In this document: one piece after another, positions 1 to 8,706 of the stretch
Layout: each line of letters opens with the position of its first letter
How positions within the stretch are numbered: position 1 is the first letter of the stretch
NCBI GenBank assembly: GCA_938005745.1
Contig: CALLMM010000016.1
Location: 12,192 to 76,191 of the forward strand
From: an uncultured Chthonomonadales bacterium
GTDB taxonomy: Bacteria > Armatimonadota > Chthonomonadetes > Chthonomonadales > CAJBBX01
Length of the DNA stretch: 64,000 nucleotides
Direction: 5' to 3'
The notes under the pieces: model-generated
What the model was told of the DNA's origin: nothing
Database searches by the model: none
Seen by the model: only the letters and a program-made list of their open reading frames with translations
Translations under genes and position numbers: made by a program

Positions 1-261
1 TCCAGCGGGGTGAACGTCAGCTACCATCTGAGCGCCGCCGCCAATGTTGAGGTTCGCATCCTCGGCGCCAACGGACAGACGCTGCGACAGGTTACCGGAC
101 GCTCCAGCCGCTCTGCGGGCATCCAGCAGGTGACCTGGGACCAGAAGACTGACCAGGGGGTCGCCGTGCCTTCCGGCTCCTATCTGGTGGAGATACGTGC
201 GGAGACGCCGGACGGAAAGCAGCGCGTCCGAACGGTAACTCCGATCGTGGTAACCCGTTAA
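1..261 (+). CDS. C-terminal fragment of an FlgD-Ig-like tail protein (gene starts upstream of window)
   Basis: Frame open from base 1. YHLSAAANVEVRIL...VTWDQKTDQGVAVPSGSYLVEIRA is the FlgD_ig pattern. Ends PIVVTR like the three downstream paralogous tails. Confidence 0.85.
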   Translation, partial: SSGVNVSYHLSAAANVEVRILGANGQTLRQVTGRSSRSAGIQQVTWDQKTDQGVAVPSGSYLVEIRAETPDGKQRVRTVTPIVVTR

Positions 262-355
262 GCCGTTCGCTCCTCTGCGCGATCCATACCGGGAGAACGC
301 AGAGGAGACCGGGAAACGCATCACCCCGGAGCGGGAGCGGCTTCGAGTGAAGTTC

Positions 356-384
356 TGCCCTCTCCTCCTCTCGAGGAGAGGGCA
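356..384. repeat. 12-bp perfect inverted repeat (stem-loop) in intergenic region
   Basis: TGCCCTCTCCTC-ctctc-GAGGAGAGGGCA; T-run about 10 nt downstream. Confidence 0.55.
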
Positions 385-605
385 TGAATAGCGTTTTTTC
401 GGACATCCGCAGGATGTTTTCTTCCGGATGTCCAACCTAAGGGACACATGAATCGGGCAGTTTCACGATGGTTGGAGGCTTTTCCGGAGGACATGCGCTC
501 CCTCCCCCTCACAAAAGCTTGCCATCGTCCATTTTTCAATTCATCGAGCTGCATCGGCTGTTCCAGCCGGTGAGGTATTGAACCAGACAGGGAGGAACTC
601 TCACA

Positions 606-2519
606 GTGAAACGGATCAGGAAAAGCAGGGCCGCCAGGGTCTTGAGCTGGTTGCTGACCGTTGTGATGATCTTGCCGCTCCTGACGCAGGCTTTCAAGCC
701 GCAGGCGGCGCGCGCTCAGGGCGCGAGCAACGTTCAGACCGTCATCGTCGTTGACTTCGTCAACAAGTCAAACGTACTCGGCAATGCCCTTGCGCGACTA
801 GCTACCGATGCGGTGGCCGTGGAGATGACTAATTCAGCCCGCTTTGAGATCCTGAAGCGCGACGAAGTCCTCCGCACCGCAAACGAACTGGGGCTGCGCC
901 CGCCCTTCGATCAGGTGGCGCTCGCCCGGATCGCCAACGCGCTCGGGGCGACCGCCGTCGTCACGGGCGAGGTCTCTTACGCCAAAGAGGTGCGCGGAGC
1001 GAATCCCAAGGCGGTTCGCGTCGGCTTGAAGGTCCGGGTGCAGGAGGCTTCCTCCGGCGACCTGATCAACGGCGCCGCGCAGATCGGGGAAGCCCGCGCC
1101 AAGCCGGGCGTCTCCGACACCGAATCGCTGGCACAGGAGGCGGTTCGCGACGCCGGCTTCCTGGCGGTCCGGCAGATCCTTGCCAACAACCTGCCGGAGG
1201 GAACCGTCATCCAGTCCACCGGCGGCGATGTCACCGGATCGGTCGTCATCATCAACAAGGGCGAGCGGGACGGACTGGCGGAAGGTCAGCAGATGATCGT
1301 TCTGCGCGGCAGGCAGCGCGTGGGGCGCATTCAGCTGACCCGCGTCTTCCAGACCAACTCCGAAGCCAGAGTGCTGGAGAACACCCTCGGTATCAGCCCG
1401 GAAGACAAGGTGCGCGCCATCTTCCCGATGCCGGACTTCAATGAGCGCACCGGCGAACTCGTGACGCCTCGCCGCGCCGGAAGCAACAACGCTATCGGCA
1501 CGCTGGGCAAGGTGCTGGTCGTGCTGCTGGTCGGCATCGTTATCGTGGCGGCGGTCTCCGGCGGCAATCAGTCGGTCACCGGCGTCACGGCGGAAGCCGA
1601 TATTCAGAACGGCGCGCCGGCGGTTCGTATGATCTGGCGCGACAACATCTTCGGGCAGAACACCATCGAATACCATATCTGGCGGTCTCCCGACGCCTCC
1701 TTCAACTTCCAGGGCATCCCGGTCGGCGCGGTGGGCAACGGCGAGCGCACCTTCACCGACTTCCCGGCTCCGGGCAGCTTCTGGGACGGCGTGCGCGGCT
1801 TCCGACGCCCCAACACCGATAACGGCGGAGGCGGGGGAGGCGGCGGCAACGGCAACGGTCTGGCGGAGGTTGTGACTCCGGCGGCGGCAGCCGTGCTCGG
1901 CTTTGTGATCGGACGCACCTACACCTATCAGGTGGACGCGGTGGTGCGCCGCCCCGTCCCGCAGGCGAATACGGGCGGCGGCGGAGGGGGCGGCGGAACC
2001 GGCGACCAGTTTGAGGATGTTCTGACCAAACTCGTCACCTCCGGTCCCACGACCCCCATCAATCAGCCGCTTCTGGGACCGGCTCCGGCGGATCAGGCTG
2101 CCAACGTTAACCTGGCGTCGTTCAACCCGACCTGGTTCAGCCGCCAGGGAGCGGATGAGTTCGTGCTGGAGGTCTCGACCGACCGCACCTTCTCCAACCG
2201 CAGTCTGATCCAGCAGTTCCAGGTCTTCTCGACCGCACCGAACGCGGACGGCGTCACGCAGTCGCTCTCCGCGCCCGTGGACCTGCGCAACAGCAGCCAG
2301 CTTCGCCGCGACCCGACGTTCCTCAACTTTGTGAACGGCGTGTCGGGCGCGCCCAAGCCGACCATCTACTGGCGCGTCGGGGCGCGCAACGGCGCAGACC
2401 GCCCGGGACCGGTGCACTGGATCACCAGAGACCCGAAAGACAACGACCGGACCTTCCGGTATATCTACTCTCAGTCTCGCAGTTTTACTCCGGCTGACAT
2501 ACCACCGCCTCCCCCTTAG
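606..2519 (+). CDS. Secreted CsgG/FlgT-like protein with FlgT C-terminal-like domain, internal hydrophobic segment, FN3-like domain and C-terminal PPPPP
   Basis: RBS GGGAGG; signal peptide ending ARA-Q. VIVVDFVNKS..RFEILKRDEV..LGATAVVTGEV is CsgG/FlgT-like. VIINKGERDGLAEGQ..VGRIQLTRV..EDKVR is FlgT_C-like. WRD..YHIWRS..FTD..YTYQVDAV is FN3-like. Confidence 0.75.
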   Translation: MKRIRKSRAARVLSWLLTVVMILPLLTQAFKPQAARAQGASNVQTVIVVDFVNKSNVLGNALARLATDAVAVEMTNSARFEILKRDEVLRTANELGLRPPFDQVALARIANALGATAVVTGEVSYAKEVRGANPKAVRVGLKVRVQEASSGDLINGAAQIGEARAKPGVSDTESLAQEAVRDAGFLAVRQILANNLPEGTVIQSTGGDVTGSVVIINKGERDGLAEGQQMIVLRGRQRVGRIQLTRVFQTNSEARVLENTLGISPEDKVRAIFPMPDFNERTGELVTPRRAGSNNAIGTLGKVLVVLLVGIVIVAAVSGGNQSVTGVTAEADIQNGAPAVRMIWRDNIFGQNTIEYHIWRSPDASFNFQGIPVGAVGNGERTFTDFPAPGSFWDGVRGFRRPNTDNGGGGGGGGNGNGLAEVVTPAAAAVLGFVIGRTYTYQVDAVVRRPVPQANTGGGGGGGGTGDQFEDVLTKLVTSGPTTPINQPLLGPAPADQAANVNLASFNPTWFSRQGADEFVLEVSTDRTFSNRSLIQQFQVFSTAPNADGVTQSLSAPVDLRNSSQLRRDPTFLNFVNGVSGAPKPTIYWRVGARNGADRPGPVHWITRDPKDNDRTFRYIYSQSRSFTPADIPPPPP

Positions 2520-2585
2520 GCGCACGGAGCGTTTAGGCGCAATGAGCGTCGGAGAGATCGGAAACGGTGAAAGAGGAGTTGAACC

Positions 2586-5500
2586 ATGCATAATCGGTGG
2601 CGTTCTTTCTGGGCAGTCAGCCTGCTGCTGGCTGTTACGCTCCTCTGCTTCGGCAGAGGAGCCTCCGCCCAGGGGAATCAGAGACCCGCGTTCGTCGCCG
2701 GAGAGCTGCTGATCTCCGTGCCAGCCGGAACGCCGCGCGCAGATGTCCAGACGATGGCTGACCAGGTCCGGGCGGATATCGTCTATGCCTTCGGCGCGGT
2801 GGACTACGAGAAGAAGTTCGAGGCGTACCATCTGCGCCTGCGGGAGGATCGCACGCAGATCAAGACGCTGGAAGCGGTCAATACGCTCAAGCAGAACCCC
2901 CGGATTCACTTTGCCGGACCGAATCCGATCTGCTACTCGCTGCAGGCAGGCGGAGGCTCTGTGCCCAACGACCCGCGCTTCGGCGAGCAGTGGGACAAGA
3001 TACAGATCAATATGCCCCTCGCCTGGTCCATCGAAAAGGGCAAGGCGAATGTGGTGATCATCGTGATCGATTCGGGGGTGGACGTGGGGCATCCGGAGTT
3101 CGCCAATCGAACGCTTCCGGGTCTCAACACCTTCCGCCAGAACAACGATCCCAACCCCGTGGGAACGACCGACGCGCACTCGCACGGGACGCATGTGGCG
3201 GGGATCGCTCTGGCGCAGGCGAACAACGGAGAGGGCATCGCGGGCGTTACATGGGAGAACGTCCGGCTCCTGCCGATCAACGCCGCCGATGACGGCGGTC
3301 TGGCATTTCCGGGAGACTCGCTGCTGCGCGCCTGGCAGTACAGCCTGGCGCAGCGGAACGCCAACCCCAACCTCCAGTATGTGATGAACCTCAGTCTCGG
3401 AGGGGACCGCTCGTCCGCGACCCCCGACCTGACCGATCCGCTGACGCAGGCGCTGATCGCCTGCGCCCAGTCGGGCATGGTGATCGTTGCCGGAGCGGGC
3501 AACGGATTCCAGAACGGCAATCCTCCCTTCTGGCCCGCTCTGCTGTCTCAGGCGCATCCCAACATCCTCTGCGTGACGGCAACCAACCATCTGGGGCTTC
3601 GCGCCTCCTACTCGCAGGTGCATCCGTACACCACCATCGCCGCTCCGGGCGGAGACGAGGAAGCCGGTCGTCTGATCCTCTCCACCTACCCGCGCAACAG
3701 CGCCACCTCCCCCAACTACGGACTGGCGGAGGGAACCTCCATGGCGACGCCGCAGGTGTCGGGAGCGGCGGCTCTGCTGCTCTCCATACCGGGCGTCTCA
3801 GCAGGGGATGTGCGGGGCGTGCTGACCTCAACGGCGCGCCCGGTTCCCGGCTTCAGCGTGCCGAGTCCGGAGTTCGGAGCGGGAATCGTGGATGTCTATG
3901 CCGCGCTGCAGAAGGTCGCCGTCTTCGTGACGATCGCGGAGCCGCAGGGAACCGGCGGCAAAGCGGGCGGAGGAGGCAATCTTGACCCCATCGAGACGCT
4001 GAACCCGGTGGTGCGGATCGAGGTGGGACAGATCCTGCGGGAGAACCTGACCCTTCGCATTGACGGCGGACTGGTGAACATCTCCGACGCCAATATCGAG
4101 AACGTGCGGGTGCGGGACAACCAGAACCGCCCCACTATCTACGACGTGGTGATCCGGGATCGCGAGTTCTCGCCCGGACAGCACCGCATCGAGGTGACCG
4201 GAGTCAAACCGGGATCGCCCGACCTGGTGGTGAGCGACACCCGCAATATCACCATCACCCCCCGCGTGCTCACTGCGGGACGCAGCATGATCTCGATCCC
4301 CTACTTCCAGTCGCTGCCGGGCAGCCCGGACATCCCGGACCCGCAGGTGACGCCGGAGTACTATCTGGGAGCCGATTTCCGTCTGGCGCGCTGGGTTCCG
4401 GAGCTTCAGCAGTACGCCTTCTACACCTCGTTTGGCGTCAAAGATCCGAACGCCTCGTTCGCGCCGCCAGGACCGGCTCCGCGCGTGGACGGAGAGACGA
4501 CCCCGCGCTATCCGTTGGGACTGGCGTTCTGGAGCGATGTCGAGTCGATCAAGCCGATCCTGACTCGCGGAAAGCCGCTGAACGATAAGCCGTTCATCAT
4601 TCCGCTACGCGGAACCCAGTCTACCGGCGGGTTTATCGCCTGGAATATGGTCGGGAACCCGTTTACCTTTGACGTGCCGTTCAACACCCTGATGGTGGAG
4701 ACCCCGGAGGGGCGGCTCTCCATCGCCAACGCGGTGCAGAAGGGCTACCTGCTGCCCAACATCTACACCTATGACGGCGCACTGGGATACGCCTTCCGCA
4801 CCCTGCCGGATGGACTGCTGCGCGCCTGGACCGGTCACTGGATCGGCGTGACAAGCCCGCAGAATATCTCTCTGGTGGTTCCGCCGACGCGGGTGAGCCG
4901 CTCCGGGAGCCTGCCGAATGCGCCGGCGGTCGGAAGCGGGGGCTGGTCTCTGCGGATCAGCGCCAGCGTGCGCGATCTGCGCGACACCTACAACTTCATC
5001 GGCGTCTCCTCCCGCGCTGCAAAGGGCTACGACCTGAGCGATGTCGCCAAGCCGCCGATGGTCGCGCCGTATGTCAGCGTGGGGGTGGACAACTCCGACT
5101 GGGGACGGGCTTCCGGCATCTACGCGCAGGACCTGCGCGCACCGGGCAGTCAGGAGACCTGGAACCTGGTGGTCAATACCGATCAGGCGAACAGCGATGT
5201 GCTGCTCAACTGGAGCGGCACGACGCTTCCGCGCAACCTGAAGCTCACCATCAAGGACGAGGCGACCGGGCAGGTGGTGGATATGCGGACGCGCAACTCG
5301 CTCTCGTTCCGCACGGGACCCGAAGCCGTTAGCCGCAAGTTCACCATCACCGCGCGCCCCTCCAACGAAGGATCGGTAGTGCGGATCAGCAACATCGTGC
5401 TGCGTTCGTCCAGCGGGCGCGCCAGCGCCGCCACCACCATCGGTTTCACGCTCTCCGGCGATGCAACCTATGAGGTGAAGATCCTGGGCGCCTCGGGCAA

Positions 5501-5678
5501 CGTCATCAGCACCGTCGCGACCCGCGCCGCCTCCGCCGGAGATGTGCGGCTGGTCTGGAACGGCAGGGATTCGGGAGGGCGCAACGTCTCCCCGGGAACC
5601 TATCTGGTTCAGATCCGAGCGGTCAGCCCGGACGGCGAGGTTGTGAGGGCAATACAGCCCTTCACGCTGGTTCGGTAA
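2586..5678 (+). CDS. S8 (subtilisin-family) serine peptidase with prodomain and FlgD-Ig C-terminal tail
   Basis: Signal peptide ASA-Q; catalytic IDSG, HGTHVAG, GTSMATP; oxyanion GAGNG; tail WNGRDSGGRNVSPGTYLVQI...PFTLVR. Confidence 0.92.
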   Translation: MHNRWRSFWAVSLLLAVTLLCFGRGASAQGNQRPAFVAGELLISVPAGTPRADVQTMADQVRADIVYAFGAVDYEKKFEAYHLRLREDRTQIKTLEAVNTLKQNPRIHFAGPNPICYSLQAGGGSVPNDPRFGEQWDKIQINMPLAWSIEKGKANVVIIVIDSGVDVGHPEFANRTLPGLNTFRQNNDPNPVGTTDAHSHGTHVAGIALAQANNGEGIAGVTWENVRLLPINAADDGGLAFPGDSLLRAWQYSLAQRNANPNLQYVMNLSLGGDRSSATPDLTDPLTQALIACAQSGMVIVAGAGNGFQNGNPPFWPALLSQAHPNILCVTATNHLGLRASYSQVHPYTTIAAPGGDEEAGRLILSTYPRNSATSPNYGLAEGTSMATPQVSGAAALLLSIPGVSAGDVRGVLTSTARPVPGFSVPSPEFGAGIVDVYAALQKVAVFVTIAEPQGTGGKAGGGGNLDPIETLNPVVRIEVGQILRENLTLRIDGGLVNISDANIENVRVRDNQNRPTIYDVVIRDREFSPGQHRIEVTGVKPGSPDLVVSDTRNITITPRVLTAGRSMISIPYFQSLPGSPDIPDPQVTPEYYLGADFRLARWVPELQQYAFYTSFGVKDPNASFAPPGPAPRVDGETTPRYPLGLAFWSDVESIKPILTRGKPLNDKPFIIPLRGTQSTGGFIAWNMVGNPFTFDVPFNTLMVETPEGRLSIANAVQKGYLLPNIYTYDGALGYAFRTLPDGLLRAWTGHWIGVTSPQNISLVVPPTRVSRSGSLPNAPAVGSGGWSLRISASVRDLRDTYNFIGVSSRAAKGYDLSDVAKPPMVAPYVSVGVDNSDWGRASGIYAQDLRAPGSQETWNLVVNTDQANSDVLLNWSGTTLPRNLKLTIKDEATGQVVDMRTRNSLSFRTGPEAVSRKFTITARPSNEGSVVRISNIVLRSSSGRASAATTIGFTLSGDATYEVKILGASGNVISTVATRAASAGDVRLVWNGRDSGGRNVSPGTYLVQIRAVSPDGEVVRAIQPFTLVR

Positions 5679-5691
5679 CAAAAACAAGCCG

Positions 5692-5718
5692 CAGGGGCAG
5701 GATTCGCGCCTGCCCCTG
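5692..5718. repeat. Intergenic stem-loop after S8 gene
   Basis: CAGGGGCAGG-attcgcg-CCTGCCCCTG; no + strand U-tract. Confidence 0.5.
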
Positions 5719-5901
5719 TCGAATAGGAGGCGCGAGCGAGCGGTTACAAAATAAGCCGTCTCGCTCCCGTCTATCCCTCTGTCGGGCGGATAACAGCCGC
5801 CATCTTCAGCCTTTATATCGTGAGGGCACGCGCGCTCCTTGTCGCCCCCCGGCAAGGGCTACTCCGGCTCTATCCGAGGGCCATGTGGGAGGTAATTCTT
5901 C

Positions 5902-8466
5902 ATGGGGTGGAATCGATTTCGCAGTGCAGCCGGACGCATGGGGCTGGCTCTACTGACGATAACCCTGTTGATCAGTCATGGCGTGGCGGCGTCCGGTCAG
6001 GGCAACCTCCAGGCAGCCATCGCCAATAACAAGATTCGCGTCGAGATGTGGGACGCTTCGCAGTTGCTGCCCGGCAACACCATCTTTACGGGGCTGGCGG
6101 GACGCTTCTTCGCGATCCGCGATACCTCCAACGCGCAGGCGACCAGCCTGATGCGGGATGGGTTCATCACCGTGCGGATGGACGGCACAGATCTGGTTCT
6201 CGGCGGCACCGGGACGACCCGAACCGCTTTTCAGTATTCCGCCTCAACCATCTTCGAACGGTGGGCGATCCTCCCGACCGGGAGCCTGAACCCCGTGGAG
6301 ATCAACCTGACGATCTCGCTGGTGGATGAGCGCGCCTGTTTCGACCTCAGCGTCGTCAATCAGGACAGCGCGCCGCATCAGGTGGGGTTCCGTTTCCTGC
6401 AGGTGATGAACCCTGCGCTGGGAACGATCTCCGCGCCGGGCGTGGGAGGAGTTACCGGAGACCGCACCTTCGTCGGCTCGACCATTCCCCCTTACTGGCG
6501 CATCTCCGGCGCGCAGGGCGATCTGACGTTCGGCGGCACGGTGCTGGCGGAGAACGGCGGGACGACCCCCACCACGCCTTTCAGTCTGGTCTTCGCCAAT
6601 CTGTTCCGCTTCCCGCAGACCTTCCTCTATGATCTGGGACCGCAGGTTCCGATCACCCTCCCGGCTCCCGCTGCGGCGGTCTATTCGACCGTAACCACCG
6701 TCGCGCCGGCGGGAGGCACGAAGCGATTCGTTACCTATGCGGGCAAGCAGCACGCCACCATCACCTTCGGCGAACGGATTGCGGCGGGCGTGGATGCCGT
6801 ATTCGCCCTCAGCTATGACGCTGCCGGAGGCACGGGACAGCGGCTGAAACCCGATCCCTTCAAGGTCTCCGCGTTTCTGAAGAATCAGAACACCCTCTCA
6901 CTCTCCAGCGTACGCGCCACCATCTCGCTGCCGGCAGGGCTGGAACTGGCGACAGGAGAGACGCTCACCAAGACGGCGACCGGGGTCGGACCCGGCGCCA
7001 GCGCCGAGTTTACCTGGGACGTGCGCGGCAACGAAATGGCTTCGGGACGGCTGACCTTTGGGGTCTCCTTCAGCGCCGATCCGGGCGGGCAGGGGATGGC
7101 GGTTACGCGGGATATCGAGGTTCCCGCGCTGCCAGCCCAGACCTTCCCCGACGGCTTGCAGATGGTCTCGTTCCCGTATACGTTCGACGATCCGACTCCC
7201 AACGTCGCACTGGGACTCAGCTCGGTCAGCTTCGACCTTCTGCGCTGGAACTCCGTCCTGAACCTCTACGAGGCGGTCTCCGCCATTCGCGCCGGAGAAG
7301 CCTACTGGCTGCGCGTGAGCGGTCAGACGCCGGTCAATCTGGTCGGCGCGACGCCGGTCCCGACGGGCGCGGCGTTTGAGTTGAAGCTCAATCGCGACTG
7401 GAACCAGATCGGCAATCCCTTCCTGCTGCCGGTAAGCTGGAGCGATATTCAGGTGATCAATACCGATGTCAGCGATCCCGACTTCCTGCGCCCGCTGAGC
7501 GTGGAGGAGGCGAGCAGCGTTCAGCGGCAGTGGATCTCGCCGGTGATCTATCGCTACGACCTCGCGGAGCAGATGTATAAGTTCGATCAGGACTTCGGGA
7601 CGCTGCTCCGACCGTTCACCGGCTACTGGGTGCGCGCCCTGAAGCCGACGATCACGCTGGTCATCCCGGTTCCGACGGGGCGGGCGGCGGCGATCAGCCG
7701 CGCGCAGTCCGCGCGTCAGGGCGTCAACGACTGGTCGCTGAGGATCGTGGCGCGCGGACACAACTCGGTGGACGGCTGGAACTTTATCGGCGTCTCCTCC
7801 TCCTCCAGCGATGGCTATGACCGCCGCGACTATGAGAAGCCGCCGGCGATTCAGGGCAAGGTTCAACTGATGTTCGTGCGCGAAGGCTGGGGCGGACGCT
7901 CCGGAGCCTATGCGCAGGATATTCAGTCCGCCACCGGAACCATCAAGCGGTGGAAGATGGTGGTCAGCAGCCCGAATCCGGGCGAAGAGGTGACCCTCTC
8001 CTGGCCCGAGATCAACGGACTGCCGCGCAGCTACGAGCTGTTCATAACCGATGACGCCTCCGGACATCGCTACATGATGCGCCAGACATCATCGCTGCGC
8101 ATCAATACCGGACGGAGCGGCAGCCGCGCCTTCACGATCACGGCGGAGCCGACCAGCCGCGCAGGAGCCTTCCGTATCGTGAATGCGAACGTAGTTCCGT
8201 CGCGCAGCCGCAGCAGCGCCACGATCGCCTTCACCCCGACCCAGGATGCCAGCATCACCATCCGCATCCTGAACGGGGCGGGCGCACCGCTGCGAACGCT
8301 GACCTCGCGGTCCGCCGCAGCCGGGAATACGGTGACGGTGAACTGGGACTATCGCGATGGCAGAGGAATCGCGCTTCCGACCGGCTCTTACACCATCGAG
8401 ATACGCGGGACGACGCCCGACGGACAGAGCGCGCGCGCCATCCTGCCGCACATCGTTACACGCTAA
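5902..8466 (+). CDS. Secreted protein with NEW3-like Ig domain and shared FlgD-Ig C-terminal region
   Basis: Signal peptide; VSAFLKN..ATISLPAGLEL..FTWDV is NEW3-like; WNQIGNPF, GYWVRA, NFIGVS..DGYD..KPP; tail WDYRDGRGIALPTGSY...PHIVTR. Confidence 0.85.
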   Translation: MGWNRFRSAAGRMGLALLTITLLISHGVAASGQGNLQAAIANNKIRVEMWDASQLLPGNTIFTGLAGRFFAIRDTSNAQATSLMRDGFITVRMDGTDLVLGGTGTTRTAFQYSASTIFERWAILPTGSLNPVEINLTISLVDERACFDLSVVNQDSAPHQVGFRFLQVMNPALGTISAPGVGGVTGDRTFVGSTIPPYWRISGAQGDLTFGGTVLAENGGTTPTTPFSLVFANLFRFPQTFLYDLGPQVPITLPAPAAAVYSTVTTVAPAGGTKRFVTYAGKQHATITFGERIAAGVDAVFALSYDAAGGTGQRLKPDPFKVSAFLKNQNTLSLSSVRATISLPAGLELATGETLTKTATGVGPGASAEFTWDVRGNEMASGRLTFGVSFSADPGGQGMAVTRDIEVPALPAQTFPDGLQMVSFPYTFDDPTPNVALGLSSVSFDLLRWNSVLNLYEAVSAIRAGEAYWLRVSGQTPVNLVGATPVPTGAAFELKLNRDWNQIGNPFLLPVSWSDIQVINTDVSDPDFLRPLSVEEASSVQRQWISPVIYRYDLAEQMYKFDQDFGTLLRPFTGYWVRALKPTITLVIPVPTGRAAAISRAQSARQGVNDWSLRIVARGHNSVDGWNFIGVSSSSSDGYDRRDYEKPPAIQGKVQLMFVREGWGGRSGAYAQDIQSATGTIKRWKMVVSSPNPGEEVTLSWPEINGLPRSYELFITDDASGHRYMMRQTSSLRINTGRSGSRAFTITAEPTSRAGAFRIVNANVVPSRSRSSATIAFTPTQDASITIRILNGAGAPLRTLTSRSAAAGNTVTVNWDYRDGRGIALPTGSYTIEIRGTTPDGQSARAILPHIVTR

Positions 8467-8476
8467 GCTGACTTCC

Positions 8477-8518
8477 CTGTCTCCCGACGGCTGGAGCATT
8501 CCGCCCGTCGGGAGACAG
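8477..8518. repeat. 14-bp perfect inverted repeat (stem-loop) between FlgD-tail genes
   Basis: CTGTCTCCCGACGG ... CCGTCGGGAGACAG. Confidence 0.6.
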
Positions 8519-8706
8519 ATCTCGTAACCTAACACCAGCGTTTTCATTCACGAGAAGTCCTATCCCCCAGGACGCGCCGAACAACCTGAGCAGTTCGGCA
8601 CAGCTATATGCCATGCGGGCATGCAGAGGAGATGCGTTCCCCTGCCCGTTTGTCTCTGAGAAGAACACCAATCTTGTCACGACCAAGGAAGCAAGGGGAG
8701 AGACTG

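Noticed and set aside
270-307. REP-like family from CGCAGAGGAG arms shared with the 45804 hairpin
   Set aside because: Only two occurrences, in opposite arm order; too few to call a family
1822-2000. GGC-rich runs as DNA repeats
   Set aside because: They encode poly-Gly linkers with mixed codons inside the CDS
834-3623. 929-aa minus-strand ORF and other long antisense ORFs (e.g. 12055-13770, 19292-21454, 33893-36157, 42040-44250, 55827-58274)
   Set aside because: They shadow well-supported genes, have Arg/Gly/Ala-rich composition with no motifs, and are expected in high-GC DNA
8596-8612. Sigma54-like CGGCACAGCTATATGC upstream of the giant gene
   Set aside because: GG-to-GC spacing is 11 nt rather than the required 10
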